Assembly (NCBI GenBank): GCA_040006915.1
Contig: JBDTWD010000002.1
Span: forward strand, 42,613 to 106,612
Length of the DNA stretch: 64,000 nucleotides
Reading direction: 5' to 3'
Source of the DNA: Candidatus Woesebacteria bacterium
GTDB lineage: Bacteria; Patescibacteriota; Microgenomatia; UBA1400; UBA12028
Positions 1-9,258 of this stretch are shown piece after piece (positions within the stretch are counted from its first letter, which is position 1; each line of letters starts with the position of its first letter). Below the pieces are notes generated by a model. It had not been told where the DNA came from. It made no database searches and saw only the letters and a program-made list of their open reading frames with translations. A program made the translations under genes and the position numbers.

Positions 1-1
1 G

Positions 2-1858
2 TACGTTTCGCTTCCTGACTCTGTCACCGATTTGACAACTCGTTTAACAGCGATCGGTCATATGCAAGATCACCAACCCGAGACAATCGGAGATGACACT
101 GTCTTGGATCTTGAAGTCAGACAAAACCGCTCGGATTGTTTGTCCATCCTCGGTGTGGCTCGTGAAGTCTCCGCCAGTATGGACCAACCACTCACTGATC
201 CCAGTATCACTACCCCTCCTCTTCCGGAAACGACAACCCCATCAATGATTACCATCGCTGATCCTTTGATGTGCTATCGCTTCGAAGCACTCGTCATCGA
301 CAACGTCACTGTAGCTCCTTCGCCAACCTGGCTTGCAGAAAAAGTGGAGCATTACGGAATGAAGTCGATTAACAACGTCGTCGACATCACTAATTTCGTG
401 ATGATTGAGTTAGGAGAACCATTACATGCGTTTGATAAAGTCAAAGTCGCAGATAGTTTGACAATCAGAGCGGCAACAAATGGAGAAAAATTTGAAGTCT
501 TAGGCGGAAAAACAATTTCTCTTTCCTCTTCCGATATCGTGGTTGCCAATGACTCAGATATTTTGGCGATGGGAGGAATCATTGGCGGCAAAAATTCTGG
601 AATTACCGAAAGTACCACCAGTATTGTTTTGGAAGCTGCAACATATAACCAGGCGTATATCAGACGCTCAAGTATTAGGCATAGTTTACGTACTGAAGCC
701 TCATTGCGACATGAAAAATTCTTGCATCCTGATCTGGCGCCGATTGCTCTGCGCCGTGCTGCCAGCCTCCTCAAAGAAGTGTGTGGTGGAACCATCTCTG
801 CACATCATGATGAATATGTGACGATTGCAACTCCAGTTCATATCTCAATGTCTCTCACTCGTTTTCATGAGTTAACGGGAATCACAGTCGACACACAGAA
901 GGCTCTTTCAATCCTGCAAAGCTTAGGAATTGAAGCATCATTAAAAAATGAAGATATCATTGAGACATCCATTCCGTATTTCCGTACGGATCTCCTCTGT
1001 GAAGAAGATGTAATCGAAGAAGTACTTCGCATCGTCGGGTACGATACTATTCCTGATACCCTGCCTCGCACCTCTCCTCCCGTGGAAATTACCTCACCTA
1101 GTGTGATCCTTGAAGAAAAGCTGCGCGATTTACTGGTAGATCTAGGTTTTGAAGAAGTGATCACTGAGCCATTAGTGAATGAAGAACATCCCAAACTTGA
1201 TCCAGTTGTATTGCAAAACTCTTTAAACAGTGACAAGACGATGCTGAGAACCACTTTAGAAAACGGATTGTTTTCAGCCCTTTCCTATCAGAAAAAAACC
1301 AAACGGACCGATTTGTCGTTGTTTGAAGTGGGGAAAATCTATTTCAAAGAAAATGATTCATACACAGAACAAAAAGTTTTGGCGGGTGTTGTTACCGCAA
1401 AAACCGCCACCTATGCCAAAGTTAAAGGTATCGTCGAAGCCTTGTGTCTTAAAGCGGGAAGAAAACTTGACGATACGATTGCCAGTATCATTCGCCATGA
1501 TACTCACACCTGGTATTTTCAAATCATGACAGAAAAACTGATGCAAAAGCCAGCCTTTGAGATCACGACCATCAAAACCGCACTTCCACAAATCGTCTAT
1601 CAGGATATTTCCTTGTCTGTACCAAAAGCGATCCCCGTTGGACCGATTCTAGAAAAAGTGAGAAATTTCTCTCCATTGATTGTGAAAGCAGCTTTAGGCG
1701 AATATCCTATCGCTCTTCCAGACGAGAGAAAAAGTGTATTTTTGAAACTGCACTATCACAAAGCCGGAGAGCAATTGAACATTGAAGATGTCGAACCCAT
1801 CAAAAATGGCATCATTGCCATGATTGAAACAGACTTCCAAGGAACACTTCGAAAATAG
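2..1858 (+). CDS. pheT: Phenylalanine-tRNA ligase beta subunit (5' end lies before the window; no B2 OB-fold insert)
   Basis: NRSDCLSILGVARE, SINNVVDITNFVMIELGEPLHAFD, RTDL..EEDVIEEVLRIVGYD and LFEVGKIY motifs. The frame is open from position 2. Confidence 0.95.
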   Translation, partial: YVSLPDSVTDLTTRLTAIGHMQDHQPETIGDDTVLDLEVRQNRSDCLSILGVAREVSASMDQPLTDPSITTPPLPETTTPSMITIADPLMCYRFEALVIDNVTVAPSPTWLAEKVEHYGMKSINNVVDITNFVMIELGEPLHAFDKVKVADSLTIRAATNGEKFEVLGGKTISLSSSDIVVANDSDILAMGGIIGGKNSGITESTTSIVLEAATYNQAYIRRSSIRHSLRTEASLRHEKFLHPDLAPIALRRAASLLKEVCGGTISAHHDEYVTIATPVHISMSLTRFHELTGITVDTQKALSILQSLGIEASLKNEDIIETSIPYFRTDLLCEEDVIEEVLRIVGYDTIPDTLPRTSPPVEITSPSVILEEKLRDLLVDLGFEEVITEPLVNEEHPKLDPVVLQNSLNSDKTMLRTTLENGLFSALSYQKKTKRTDLSLFEVGKIYFKENDSYTEQKVLAGVVTAKTATYAKVKGIVEALCLKAGRKLDDTIASIIRHDTHTWYFQIMTEKLMQKPAFEITTIKTALPQIVYQDISLSVPKAIPVGPILEKVRNFSPLIVKAALGEYPIALPDERKSVFLKLHYHKAGEQLNIEDVEPIKNGIIAMIETDFQGTLRK

Positions 1859-1872
1859 GAAAAGCGTATCCG

Positions 1873-2325
1873 TTAGATTGCTAAGCGAGAGATCTCTCGA
1901 ACCACGATATTCTCTCCAACTTTACCAGCGGTTTCTTTGACTAAATCGTTAATCGATTTTTTAGCGTCACGAATATAGGGTTGTTCTAACAGTTCAGCTA
2001 CTGATTCGGGACTCATACTCGCAACTTGCATCGCCACTTCGCGAGCTAAGGTCTTGAAATCTTCGGTACGAGCCACAAAATCAGTCTCACAGGTAAGAGA
2101 AACCATAGCCGCCACTTTTCCTGTGGTGTGAACATAGGAACCAACGTATCCTTCTTTGGCTTCGCGGTCAGCTTTTTTCTCTGCAGTCTTAATCGCTTTC
2201 TCGCGAATCCAAATAAGAGCTTTTTCTACATCGCCATTGGTCTCTTCGATTGCTCGACGCACGTCCATAACGCCAGCGCCAGTTTCTTCTCGAAGTTTTT
2301 TCAGTAATTCCATGTCAATTGCCAT
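1873..2325 (-). CDS. tsf: Elongation factor Ts (short form)
   Basis: LREETGAGVMDVRRA and LTCETDFVAR motifs; lies downstream of rpsB. Confidence 0.97.
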   Translation of the reverse strand: MAIDMELLKKLREETGAGVMDVRRAIEETNGDVEKALIWIREKAIKTAEKKADREAKEGYVGSYVHTTGKVAAMVSLTCETDFVARTEDFKTLAREVAMQVASMSPESVAELLEQPYIRDAKKSINDLVKETAGKVGENIVVREISRLAI

Positions 2326-2328
2326 ATG

Positions 2329-3078
2329 TTACTCCTTTTTTGCCTCTGGTTTTGCTTCTGGAGCTTTCTCTTCTTGAGATCTGCTCAGACTTTTTCCTTG
2401 TTTGTACGCTGCGGCCAAGGTAGAGATCAAGATCTTGATGGAACCGACGGCATCGTCGTTTCCTGGAACGGCAATTTTGACCAAATCTGGATCAGTGTTA
2501 CTGTCAGCAATAGCCAATACTGGAACTTCTTTGATGTTAGCTTCTTTAATGGCCACGAGATCCGTATTGATATCAGCAATGACCAACATATCCGGAATAC
2601 GTTTTAAGGTAGAAACTCCACCGAAGAATCGCTCGAGTTTGTTGATTTGTTTGTCAAATTTCACTTGTTCAAATTTGGTGTATTTGGAAAATTTACCCTC
2701 TTCTCGATCCTTCTTCATTTGATTGAGTTTCGAGATGGATTTACCGACTTGCTCCCAGTTAGTAATTAAACCAGCTGGCCAACGAGTAACGATAAACATC
2801 GCTCCAGCATCAATCGCGTGTTCACGAACGATCTCTTGAGCTTGACGTTTGGTTCCCACAAATACCACATTTTTGCCAAGTTTTCCGGCTTCGTACAACT
2901 CGACACAGGCAGCTTCAAGCTGGGTTGCAGTCTTTGCCAAATCGAAAATATGAACGCCATCGCGTTCAGTGTAGATAAATTGCCCCATTTTAGGGTTCCA
3001 ACGACGAGCCTGGTGTCCAAAGTGACAGCCGGCCTCGAGTAGTGCTTCTAGATCAACAGAAAATGTAGGTTCTGCCAT
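2329..3078 (-). CDS. rpsB: 30S ribosomal protein S2
   Basis: LLEAGCHFGHQARRWNPKM, FVGTKRQAQ and PGNDDA motifs. Confidence 0.98.
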   Translation of the reverse strand: MAEPTFSVDLEALLEAGCHFGHQARRWNPKMGQFIYTERDGVHIFDLAKTATQLEAACVELYEAGKLGKNVVFVGTKRQAQEIVREHAIDAGAMFIVTRWPAGLITNWEQVGKSISKLNQMKKDREEGKFSKYTKFEQVKFDKQINKLERFFGGVSTLKRIPDMLVIADINTDLVAIKEANIKEVPVLAIADSNTDPDLVKIAVPGNDDAVGSIKILISTLAAAYKQGKSLSRSQEEKAPEAKPEAKKE

Positions 3079-3146
3079 AATGATCTCCTTTATGCCTCCC
3101 CGTCTGCTATGTGGTTCAAGGAGATAGCTCCGTAGACGGGTGTGTT
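3079..3146 (-). ncRNA. rpsB (S2) autoregulatory leader RNA candidate
   Basis: Minus strand reads ACACA-CCCGTCT...AGACGGG-GAGGCATAA-AGGAGAT. This resembles the known rpsB leader (ACACAC...GGAGGCAUAA). The inner ATCTCCTT is complementary to the SD region AAGGAGAT. Confidence 0.7.
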
Positions 3147-3162
3147 ATTAATTACTTCGAGT

Positions 3163-3173
3163 ATTATAGCACA
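3163..3173 (-). promoter_or_regulatory. Extended -10 promoter of rpsB-tsf
   Basis: TGTGCTATAAT on the minus strand just upstream of the leader. Confidence 0.7.
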
Positions 3174-3177
3174 GAAC

Positions 3178-5505
3178 TTATTTTCCTTGCCTATCAGCCT
3201 CAAGTACATCAGCAAGCTCGTCATGAGAGATTATTTTAATCAATTGCTGGGCTTTTTCATGCAGAGCTTCATACCTTGGCTCGAGTTGTTCATCAGTTTC
3301 AGCATCGGTCGCATTCAGCAGGCCTTTGATAAATTGAGGAATCAGACTCAATGTCTTTGTAGATAACGTTCTAGCCCTATCCGTAAGAGCTTCCATTTGC
3401 TGTCGTGCAAGTGCGATACCTGCATCTTTACGGAACTGGGTCAGAGTTGGACATCTTTGTAGGAAATCGAGTAAAAATGCACTGCGACCGCTTTCTCCTA
3501 CAACTAACATATTCCGATTTTGAAGGAAATTACGTTCAACTTCTTCCACCGTAATCCCACCCCCGTTGTAGATAGTTGCTAAGCTTTCGGCCCTTTCTCC
3601 TCGGGCGTTTTTCTCCAAAGCTGCTACAACCTTAAAGAACACTTCTGTTTCATCTCCAAATTTCGGACCGTCAACTAATATTGCATGTGTATGGTTAGGT
3701 TCAAGTAATTCGAGATCAGCAGGTTTTTGAGATGGTTCACCTCTCCAGATTTGAGGTCCTGGACAAATTCCGATTGCCTGAACATCTATACCTGCTGCAA
3801 CTAATTTCTCTCGTACTTTCCCAGCAACTTGAATGTAGCCCGAGTCTGTTCCACCCGTAACCATTACTACATTTTTACCAGCTTTTTCTAATATTTGGAC
3901 ATGCTTTACTAGGCTGTCGATGAGTTTATCTTGTTCTCCACCAGGAGCCGTGTCCATTTCTCCGGCACCCCCGTTAAAAACGAGGACATAATTATATGGA
4001 GAAACTCTCGTCTCTTTATCTATCAGTCCCAGTTCAGCTAACTGGTCTTGAACAGCTGATAAGTCAGCATCTTTCGAAATCTCACGTATCTTTATCGTTT
4101 CTTCCGATTGATTTTCTTTCTTTGCAACTGCTTCCTCTGGTATTCCACTGGGAATATCTGTCATACCATCTCCTTTTTTACTGTCTTGTAATAAGTCTGT
4201 CTGTTTTTTTTGATCTTTTTCTAGCATTCTTAATCGCGCTGTCATAGCTTGATCGACCTCCAACGGCTTTCTATTCTCATCTGGGGTTGTAATTATTTGA
4301 GGTCCTTCTGACATAGATATATCTCCAAATTCCCTTAATACTCGATCAATTTCATTGTACTCTACTCCAAGCTCTTCTCTTTTGCCACTACTTTCAATTG
4401 CTATCTTTGCTTCAACCAACACATTTTGAATTGAGCCAACGATTCGATCAATTGTTTCAGGTCGAACCGTAATACCATATTCTCCTAAGGCAAAGAGGGT
4501 CTCTTTGACGGAATGCTCTGCATACAGTCCCCACAAAGGTCTGAACATTTTCCCTTTACTCCAATCAAATGATCCTTGAATGGGAAGCTTGATGTGACGA
4601 CGGAACAAGTTCACATATCTGTCTTTAAACTTCTCTTGATCAACGATCACAAACTCACCTTCCTTGGTAATATCAGTTGCTCTCCCGAAGAGATCGATCA
4701 AATGAAAAAGCATCCTCCCCCGTTCAATCGCAATTGGATCATCAATGTTCGTTCCCATTTCTTGTTTAAAGGATTGGGTAAAAGCAGCGAATTCTTCCTC
4801 GCGGTACACATCTTCATGTTTTCCTACGATACCGGCCAGAAATCGAACGTCTTCTGTAGTAAGGATCTGTTCATCTCCTTGTCCCAAGGCAACGATTCTC
4901 TTCCCTACTGCGATTTTTTCAAAAATTTCAGCCATCACGTGTTCGTGGTCGGCTTCAATTTGAGCATTCGGGGATCCTAAAAGTTTTATCACATCATGAA
5001 GTGGAGCTGCTGCTTCTGAAAGAAGGAGCATTTGTCGGTTGGAGAGCACACTAACATGAAGTTCACGAAACCTGGCAGACATATCTCGAGCTGCTGCTGC
5101 GGTTTCTTGCAAATGCGCCAGTAACCCCCCATTTTCATTGGCAATGAGCTCAATAAAGACTTTATCTCCCTCATCGTCAAGTACATCAAGCTGGATCTGT
5201 ATACACAGTCCAGTAAGGGCTTCAACAAAATCTTCGCTAACAGGAATTTGCGCTCCTTCCATGCGAAGCCGTTTAATATTCTTTCCCATTTGTCGGCGTG
5301 CCTCCACATTTGGAAAAATAGTTTTTCCTTTTGTGGTGGTACTGGATCGCAAAAGCGTCTGTATGCGTTCTTCTTCTGCTGGAGAATAGCTCGTATCTCC
5401 ATATGTTAGGTGATAGAAAAGTTCCCATTTCGCTTGATGTATTAACTTCGAAGAGGCATCAACTTCTGCAACCATGTCTACTCCCGGCGTTTCTTTTATT
5501 GTCAT
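3178..5505 (-). CDS. HD-domain protein fused to a C-terminal SLOG domain of the TRPM/LSDAT type
   Basis: The N-half has APLHDVIK...DHE...KHED...LIDLF (HD-like). The C-half has VFNGGAG, VTGGTDSG, AIGICP, LEPNHTHAILV, FGDET, NGGGIT and VVGESGRSA, which match the TRPM/LSDAT SLOG pattern. Confidence 0.75.
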   Translation of the reverse strand: MTIKETPGVDMVAEVDASSKLIHQAKWELFYHLTYGDTSYSPAEEERIQTLLRSSTTTKGKTIFPNVEARRQMGKNIKRLRMEGAQIPVSEDFVEALTGLCIQIQLDVLDDEGDKVFIELIANENGGLLAHLQETAAAARDMSARFRELHVSVLSNRQMLLLSEAAAPLHDVIKLLGSPNAQIEADHEHVMAEIFEKIAVGKRIVALGQGDEQILTTEDVRFLAGIVGKHEDVYREEEFAAFTQSFKQEMGTNIDDPIAIERGRMLFHLIDLFGRATDITKEGEFVIVDQEKFKDRYVNLFRRHIKLPIQGSFDWSKGKMFRPLWGLYAEHSVKETLFALGEYGITVRPETIDRIVGSIQNVLVEAKIAIESSGKREELGVEYNEIDRVLREFGDISMSEGPQIITTPDENRKPLEVDQAMTARLRMLEKDQKKQTDLLQDSKKGDGMTDIPSGIPEEAVAKKENQSEETIKIREISKDADLSAVQDQLAELGLIDKETRVSPYNYVLVFNGGAGEMDTAPGGEQDKLIDSLVKHVQILEKAGKNVVMVTGGTDSGYIQVAGKVREKLVAAGIDVQAIGICPGPQIWRGEPSQKPADLELLEPNHTHAILVDGPKFGDETEVFFKVVAALEKNARGERAESLATIYNGGGITVEEVERNFLQNRNMLVVGESGRSAFLLDFLQRCPTLTQFRKDAGIALARQQMEALTDRARTLSTKTLSLIPQFIKGLLNATDAETDEQLEPRYEALHEKAQQLIKIISHDELADVLEADRQGK

Positions 5506-5521
5506 ATAGTATAGGCTTTCT

Positions 5522-6541
5522 TTACTTCAATGAAGTTGGATACTGCATGTTTTTAGCTAACCAAGCCACAGTAGAGAATTGAACTCCAAGGGAAAGCAGT
5601 CTCGCGTTTTGTAACTGCTCTAAGCTCAATGGTTCTACACAGGTAGGATTAACACCGAGCCAATACCGTTTATCGATCCCTAAAGCTTCCAGCTCTGACT
5701 CTGTTGTGTCATGAATTCCGGCTGGAACGGCGAGCGGTAAAGCCGCATCTACCAACAGCACAGTCTTCTGTCCTCTTATGGCAGAGATTTTAGCTTCCTC
5801 TGCATCGCAGATATTCTCACACATACCGGCAATGAACTTTTTGGTACGACCATCGGCTATTTGGTCTTCTGTATATCCGGTACTCTCACCGGTTGTTAAT
5901 TGACTTAAAGCCCACTGCTCTGAGACCATTCCGGCACCCGGAGAAATGGTGTCTCCTTTTGCTGGCATGTCTTTTTTGGCTGGATGATATCGAAGTTCAT
6001 TAATAATCGCAGAGTCCATGGTAAAAGCGTTTCCATGTTCCATTGTGTAGGTCTTCATGGTTTGAGCCAAATCCAGTAATCGTTTGAAATCAGAGAGATC
6101 GAATCGTTGTGTCGCTATTTGATCTTCATCCCAATTGTCTAGATCTGCACGAGTAATGGTTTGAAACTGCATAGAACTTGCGTTTCTATATGAACTCGCC
6201 CAAGAGGGATTCCCTGGATGGTGAGCGTCTCTGGGCAAAATGGTCTGTACCAGACGAGTGGTTTTGGTACTCTCATTTGCTCGTGCAACCAAATTCAAAA
6301 GAAGGACACAGTGACGAATCGCATCTTCCATACCTGGATGTAACTTTGACATATCTTCAGGATCAAAGACAAAAAGACCGCCATCTTGATGGCAAAAAGC
6401 ATTGATCATATCTGCGATGTACACAACTGCATTCTTAGGATCAATCACACCTGGATCTATTTGAGGAATTTTCAAGGTATCGAATCGCCGATTCGGATTC
6501 TGATCTCCGTATACCAATACTTCTTGTTCCAAACTTCCCAT
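5522..6541 (-). CDS. Divergent nicotinamidase/isochorismatase-family cysteine hydrolase
   Basis: ADMINAFC..DGGLFV, RDAHHP, KGD and AGMCENIC (catalytic Cys position). Strong SD AAGGAG. Confidence 0.7.
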   Translation of the reverse strand: MGSLEQEVLVYGDQNPNRRFDTLKIPQIDPGVIDPKNAVVYIADMINAFCHQDGGLFVFDPEDMSKLHPGMEDAIRHCVLLLNLVARANESTKTTRLVQTILPRDAHHPGNPSWASSYRNASSMQFQTITRADLDNWDEDQIATQRFDLSDFKRLLDLAQTMKTYTMEHGNAFTMDSAIINELRYHPAKKDMPAKGDTISPGAGMVSEQWALSQLTTGESTGYTEDQIADGRTKKFIAGMCENICDAEEAKISAIRGQKTVLLVDAALPLAVPAGIHDTTESELEALGIDKRYWLGVNPTCVEPLSLEQLQNARLLSLGVQFSTVAWLAKNMQYPTSLK

Positions 6542-6578
6542 AGCTCTCCTTTTACCTGTTGGACTGGTATTTGCCTAC

Positions 6579-6617
6579 AAAAAAAACCAGCCCGAAAGTA
6601 TTCCTTTCTCTGGCCGG
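6579..6617 (-). terminator. Intrinsic terminator-like hairpin inside the 5' leader of the nicotinamidase-like gene
   Basis: Minus strand CCGGCC-AGA-GAAAG-gaata-CTTTC-G-GGCTGG followed by T8. Confidence 0.65.
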
Positions 6618-6694
6618 TCGTAATTACGGATATCTATTTTCCATTTGCCACGTTGTATACATGATATCCGTCAAGGCGTTGTTGAGATACACAA

Positions 6695-6723
6695 ATAATA
6701 CGATACTCGAGACACTTTGTCAA
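6695..6723 (-). promoter_or_regulatory. Sigma70-type promoter for the nicotinamidase/HD-SLOG operon
   Basis: TTGACA-N17-TATTAT on the minus strand. Confidence 0.65.
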
Positions 6724-6757
6724 GGTTTCTTGGCTCGATCTGATATACTATGTCCAT

Positions 6758-9253
6758 ATGGCCTCTGGAATATTTGAGCGATTTCGCCGCTCGGACGAAG
6801 AGAAACAGACAAAAGAACGATACACTGAACGAAAAAAGAAACGACGATCTGAACATACCTCGCCAGAACGGCAAAACACTTTCCTTCCCCAAAGAGAGAA
6901 TTTTCCTTTTATCTCCAATCCCAATATTCACGAACTCGATGGACTAAAACCAGGGTCCCCCGAATGGAATACTAAGAGACAGGCAGAGGTTGAGTTCTTA
7001 GGCTCACGGATTGACGCTCTCCCATTAAGTGATTTTGATACTATGCGCGAGGATGAGATGGATCGTTTGAACTCATACTTTGATGCGTTTGCGGAAACTT
7101 TTGGGATAGACTTGCGAGCGGTGGCGCTGACCCGAACGCAGATTATGAAGACCATCTTGATGTCAACAATGATATGGATTCAGTCCATGTTCGAAGATGA
7201 TGATCATTCAAAGATGAAAGATGACGAGTCCAAAGGAGCAGTCAGGACTTTCTTTGATAGTCGTATGCATGGGGGAAAATTCCAATTTAATGCCAATGGC
7301 ACCCGTATTATTAAGGGTCTTAAAGTTATTTTCAGCGTACTTAAACGTGAGAGCAAAGATGAACAAGGAGAGTTTGAAGTGGATTATCCAGTGTATAGCA
7401 TCCCTAGAGAAATCTGTAGTGCCCTGCATGACTGGAATCAGGCAAACTTCAAAGAGAAAGATTTAAGTGAAAATCCACTTATTAAACTCGGAACAGAAGT
7501 CGCTTCTCGTCGGGTTCATGACTGGCTTCACGCAGCAATTCTCTATGATACTCAGGCACTTACTTTAGCGTTCAAGGAATGGTCGGAAAATAGTTGGTTT
7601 GTGCCCCATCTTTTTGATGGTGAAGGAATGATCAACTATGAACTGCTTTCAAACCACATGCATTTTGAAGTGTATCAACAGATGTTTAAAAAAGACCCTG
7701 ATTCCAAAAAATTTGCATTAGGACAAATCAAAGATTATATCGGTCAAGTAGAGTCATTCACTCAATGGCTTATAACAGAGAATGAAGTCTCCTCTGAAGA
7801 TGCGAATCGATACGCAGATTATTTAATGAACATTGTGACCCGTGGAGTATTTGATTACATCAAATATGACGATCCTGAGTTACTCGCAGTAGTATCAGAC
7901 TCCAAGCGCTTTATGGATGCACGGGAAAGTATTCTTGAGGACTTTGGAAAATATTTAGATGCAGTTTATTCCCTCCAAGATAAACTTATCCCTTTTCGCA
8001 AAGGAACAGATCAAAAGCTACCGATTCCGCAAATCTTGGAAGAGTACGTACGTGGTCTTCACACCGAAGCCAGTGCAGTCAGAGATCAAGCGCATATTGA
8101 TCAACTGTGGAGAAACGAAAACGAAGATGCCATTCTTGCTAGGCTTCCACGAGAAATACAGGAAGAGCTTCGTAGGTCAGGACTGACATTGGCAGAATTT
8201 GACCCCAGACTTCTGCAAAAAATCGGAGACACGTGCGAAAAATTGCGCGAACACTATAGTCCGGAAATATACAAAACACTGGTACAACGAATAGAGGTCG
8301 ATAAAGCTGGTCTCTTTTATTTAAAGCTTGATCGAAAAGACGTGTTTACCGTTCCTGAAGCGTCCCTTTCTGGTGTGCATGTGGAGATCGGAGGGATGCG
8401 TGAAGTAATTCAGCAGAAGCAATCACTTCTGGTTCAAGTTCCTTACGGTCACACAGAAGAGATTAAAATTTCAGTAAAGCGAATGAAAAATTTATTAAAG
8501 GATCAGATTGGTGCAACAGTAAAAGTAAAACCCGGTGATGTAATTTTAATTAATACCCAGAATGAAGCCCTTGCCAATGAATTGTTAGAGCGTTCATACG
8601 ATAGCAAAACTCACACACTTAATATTGAAACCTTGTTGGTACTTGCCAACCAAAACGCCCAAAAAGGACTCGTGGAATTTGATGATGTGTATCCTGTCTC
8701 ACCACAAAATGCGTCGCAGGTCTTTGGTTTAGAAGAAAAAGGCGTGATGCATTGTGAAGATGACCAATGTCTTATTGTCCCGGGCTTCTACAAGACTCTC
8801 CCAAACACTCGTGAGGCATCGGTAATTGATGGTCCAGTATCAATGGATGCGTATAATGACGAAAGTGGTGGACGCAACCGTATATTATCAGGGGTGCTCG
8901 TTAAAAATCATGTACAAAAAAGATCAGAAGATCTCGATATCTTTCCCGTTGACGGTAAAAGTTTTCGAACACTTTATCCAAGCTCGCAAAAGGCAAAATT
9001 GAATCACATGACAGTAAATGATACGTTCCTCCTCAGGAATGGAATTACAAAAGGAAGTCCGCATCCGCGAGCCGAATTTCAAGATGCTATGGAGGAATTG
9101 CTTGATAATCTGTCAGCCATTAATCTGGTTAAGTTACATGGGTTTAGAGGTAAACCGCAGCTCCTTACATTTGAAGAGTATTTCCGAGCGAGGCAAGGTG
9201 GTGAAGGAAAGAGAGGATCGAAATCCTTGCTAAATCGCATCAGACGAAAATAA
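6758..9253 (+). CDS. Large hypothetical protein (831 aa)
   Basis: Long ORF with TATACT just upstream. No family recognised; contains ALHDW and VHDWLH motifs. Confidence 0.75.
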   Translation: MASGIFERFRRSDEEKQTKERYTERKKKRRSEHTSPERQNTFLPQRENFPFISNPNIHELDGLKPGSPEWNTKRQAEVEFLGSRIDALPLSDFDTMREDEMDRLNSYFDAFAETFGIDLRAVALTRTQIMKTILMSTMIWIQSMFEDDDHSKMKDDESKGAVRTFFDSRMHGGKFQFNANGTRIIKGLKVIFSVLKRESKDEQGEFEVDYPVYSIPREICSALHDWNQANFKEKDLSENPLIKLGTEVASRRVHDWLHAAILYDTQALTLAFKEWSENSWFVPHLFDGEGMINYELLSNHMHFEVYQQMFKKDPDSKKFALGQIKDYIGQVESFTQWLITENEVSSEDANRYADYLMNIVTRGVFDYIKYDDPELLAVVSDSKRFMDARESILEDFGKYLDAVYSLQDKLIPFRKGTDQKLPIPQILEEYVRGLHTEASAVRDQAHIDQLWRNENEDAILARLPREIQEELRRSGLTLAEFDPRLLQKIGDTCEKLREHYSPEIYKTLVQRIEVDKAGLFYLKLDRKDVFTVPEASLSGVHVEIGGMREVIQQKQSLLVQVPYGHTEEIKISVKRMKNLLKDQIGATVKVKPGDVILINTQNEALANELLERSYDSKTHTLNIETLLVLANQNAQKGLVEFDDVYPVSPQNASQVFGLEEKGVMHCEDDQCLIVPGFYKTLPNTREASVIDGPVSMDAYNDESGGRNRILSGVLVKNHVQKRSEDLDIFPVDGKSFRTLYPSSQKAKLNHMTVNDTFLLRNGITKGSPHPRAEFQDAMEELLDNLSAINLVKLHGFRGKPQLLTFEEYFRARQGGEGKRGSKSLLNRIRRK

Positions 9254-9258
9254 GAAGA

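Noticed and set aside
2-200. PheT without the B2 OB-fold insert (and the short EF-Ts nearby)
   Set aside because: These are known streamlined variants and not novel.
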